Shown here: piece after piece, positions 63,110 to 64,000 of the stretch
How the letters are laid out: every line of letters starts with the position of its first letter
Position numbering within the stretch: the first letter of the stretch is position 1
Assembly: GCA_964591175.1 (NCBI GenBank)
Contig: CAZQAF010000011.1
Coordinates: 3,208-67,207 of the forward strand
Direction: 5' to 3'
Source: an uncultured Desulfobacteraceae bacterium
GTDB lineage: Bacteria; Desulfobacterota; Desulfobacteria; Desulfobacterales; UBA11574
Length of the DNA: 64,000 nucleotides
Notes under the pieces: model-generated
What the model saw: the letters and a program-made list of their open reading frames with translations, nothing else
Database searches by the model: none
Told to the model about the DNA's origin: nothing
Made by a program: the position numbers and the translations under genes

Positions 63110-64000
63110 ATGAAAAAGGATCGCAACCAATCGTTCAAATGGATTATCAGCTCCCAGTACTTTTTATATTTCGGGGTCATGGGTGTTTTTTTACCCTATT
63201 TCAATTTGTACTGCTACCATCTCAAGTTCACCGGCTTCGAAATCGGGATTCTGTCGGCGATTCGATCCGTAGCCTTGATTTTAACCCCGCTGATATGGGG
63301 GTCGATGGCCGACCGGTTTAGATTCAGAAGACCCATCTATATTTTATGCAGTTTCATCAGTACCGGCATATGGGCATTTTACCTGTTTACCGCAGATTTT
63401 TGGGTGATGCTGGTTATTACGATTTTTTACGGTATATTTTACTCTCCGATCATTTCTTTTCTGGAAGCCTTTGCCATGGATGTATTGGATACGGAAAAGA
63501 AAAGTTACGGAAAGCTCAGAGGGTGGGGGTCAATTGCATTTATTATTACCGTTATCGTATTGGGAAAGATTATCGATCTTTATTCCATTGAAATCATTTT
63601 GTCCCTTATCTTTTTCGGCTCTCTGGCCCAGGCCCTGATTTCCGTCAAGATCCCCGATATTCAAATCAAAAAACAAACCGCCCTTTTTTCAAAAACCAAA
63701 GTGCTTTTACAACGGCGCGTGGTTATATTTTTATTCTGTGCCTTTTTAATGCTGGTGAGCCACGGCACATACTACGGTTTTTATTCCATTCATCTTGAAA
63801 ACCTGGGGTACGACAAGACATTTATCGGCATCGCATGGGCACTGGCCTCCACCGCCGAAATCATTGTGATGATAAAATCCGACAGCATCTTTCAACGCTT
63901 TTCCCTGGACAATGTTCTGTTTTTCTCATTCATGGTGGCGGCATTCAGATGGATCGCCCTTTCTTTTGCAACATCCCCGGTTCTCATTCTGTTTTTGCAA
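63110..64000 (+). CDS. MFS transporter (LacY/nucleoside-H+ symporter-like), 3' end outside the window
   Basis: Open frame from ATG 63110 to the window end (297 codons). It is not in the ORF track because no stop is reached. MKKDRNQSFKWIISSQYFLYFGVMGVFLPYFNLY..., multiple TM segments. Confidence 0.75.
   Translation, partial: MKKDRNQSFKWIISSQYFLYFGVMGVFLPYFNLYCYHLKFTGFEIGILSAIRSVALILTPLIWGSMADRFRFRRPIYILCSFISTGIWAFYLFTADFWVMLVITIFYGIFYSPIISFLEAFAMDVLDTEKKSYGKLRGWGSIAFIITVIVLGKIIDLYSIEIILSLIFFGSLAQALISVKIPDIQIKKQTALFSKTKVLLQRRVVIFLFCAFLMLVSHGTYYGFYSIHLENLGYDKTFIGIAWALASTAEIIVMIKSDSIFQRFSLDNVLFFSFMVAAFRWIALSFATSPVLILFLQ

Noticed and set aside
1-64000. Searched for CRISPR arrays, transposases, integrases, phage genes, toxin-antitoxin pairs, and tRNA or rRNA genes.
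   Set aside because: None found. There are no regularly spaced direct repeats, no DDE or tyrosine-recombinase-like ORFs, and no cloverleaf-like sequences in the intergenic regions I inspected.

Overview
The window reads as about 64 kb of core chromosome from an anaerobic, sulfur-metabolising bacterium. Gene content suggests Desulfobacterota, but that is inference only: I ran no database search, and all protein calls rest on motifs I recognise in the supplied translations.

Layout, left to right:
- RND efflux permease.
- Pentahaem cytochrome c interrupted by an in-frame TGA.
- DUF39 plus NIL-ferredoxin genes (homocysteine synthesis).
- Acyl-CoA ligase.
- A PhnD-type binding protein and a membrane-bound sigma-54 activator, followed by a consensus sigma-54 promoter driving a receiver protein, a ttrBCA-ordered Tat-exported molybdopterin reductase and a periplasmic rhodanese.
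- Molybdenum-cofactor genes (FmdE, MoeA-like, MOSC, MoaA).
- Usp, a four-fold CPxC repeat protein and an MFS transporter.
- A minus-strand string: cation/proton antiporter, small ORF, AAA ATPase and two short MutS-like ATPases.
- Dynamin-like GTPase, then MgtE.
- A YeeE-TusA-DsrE-like sulfur (or selenium) relay cluster.
- Housekeeping genes: trxA, bamD, rpmB, rel, proS, ispG, nusB, ribH/BA/E/D, nrdR, dCMP deaminase, glyA, rpiB, rpmF, recD2, gmhB, rlpA, lon, hsp20.
- A 3'-truncated MFS gene at the window end.

I saw no rRNA, tRNA, CRISPR array, transposase, integrase or prophage genes.

The points most worth a second look are mainly non-coding:
- A conserved leader-RNA motif, each copy followed by a terminator, upstream of the antiporter/ATPase/MutS-like operon and of the dynamin gene.
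- A Met-codon-rich leader peptide with an antiterminator/terminator upstream of the homocysteine genes.
- A candidate selenocysteine UGA with a SECIS-like hairpin in the cytochrome.
- A split sensor/sigma-54 circuit for the Ttr-like reductase.
- An acidic Gly-Cys C-terminus shared by two secreted proteins next to sulfur genes.
- Several dispersed or palindromic intergenic elements.

Motif coordinates were counted by hand and may be off by 1 nt.
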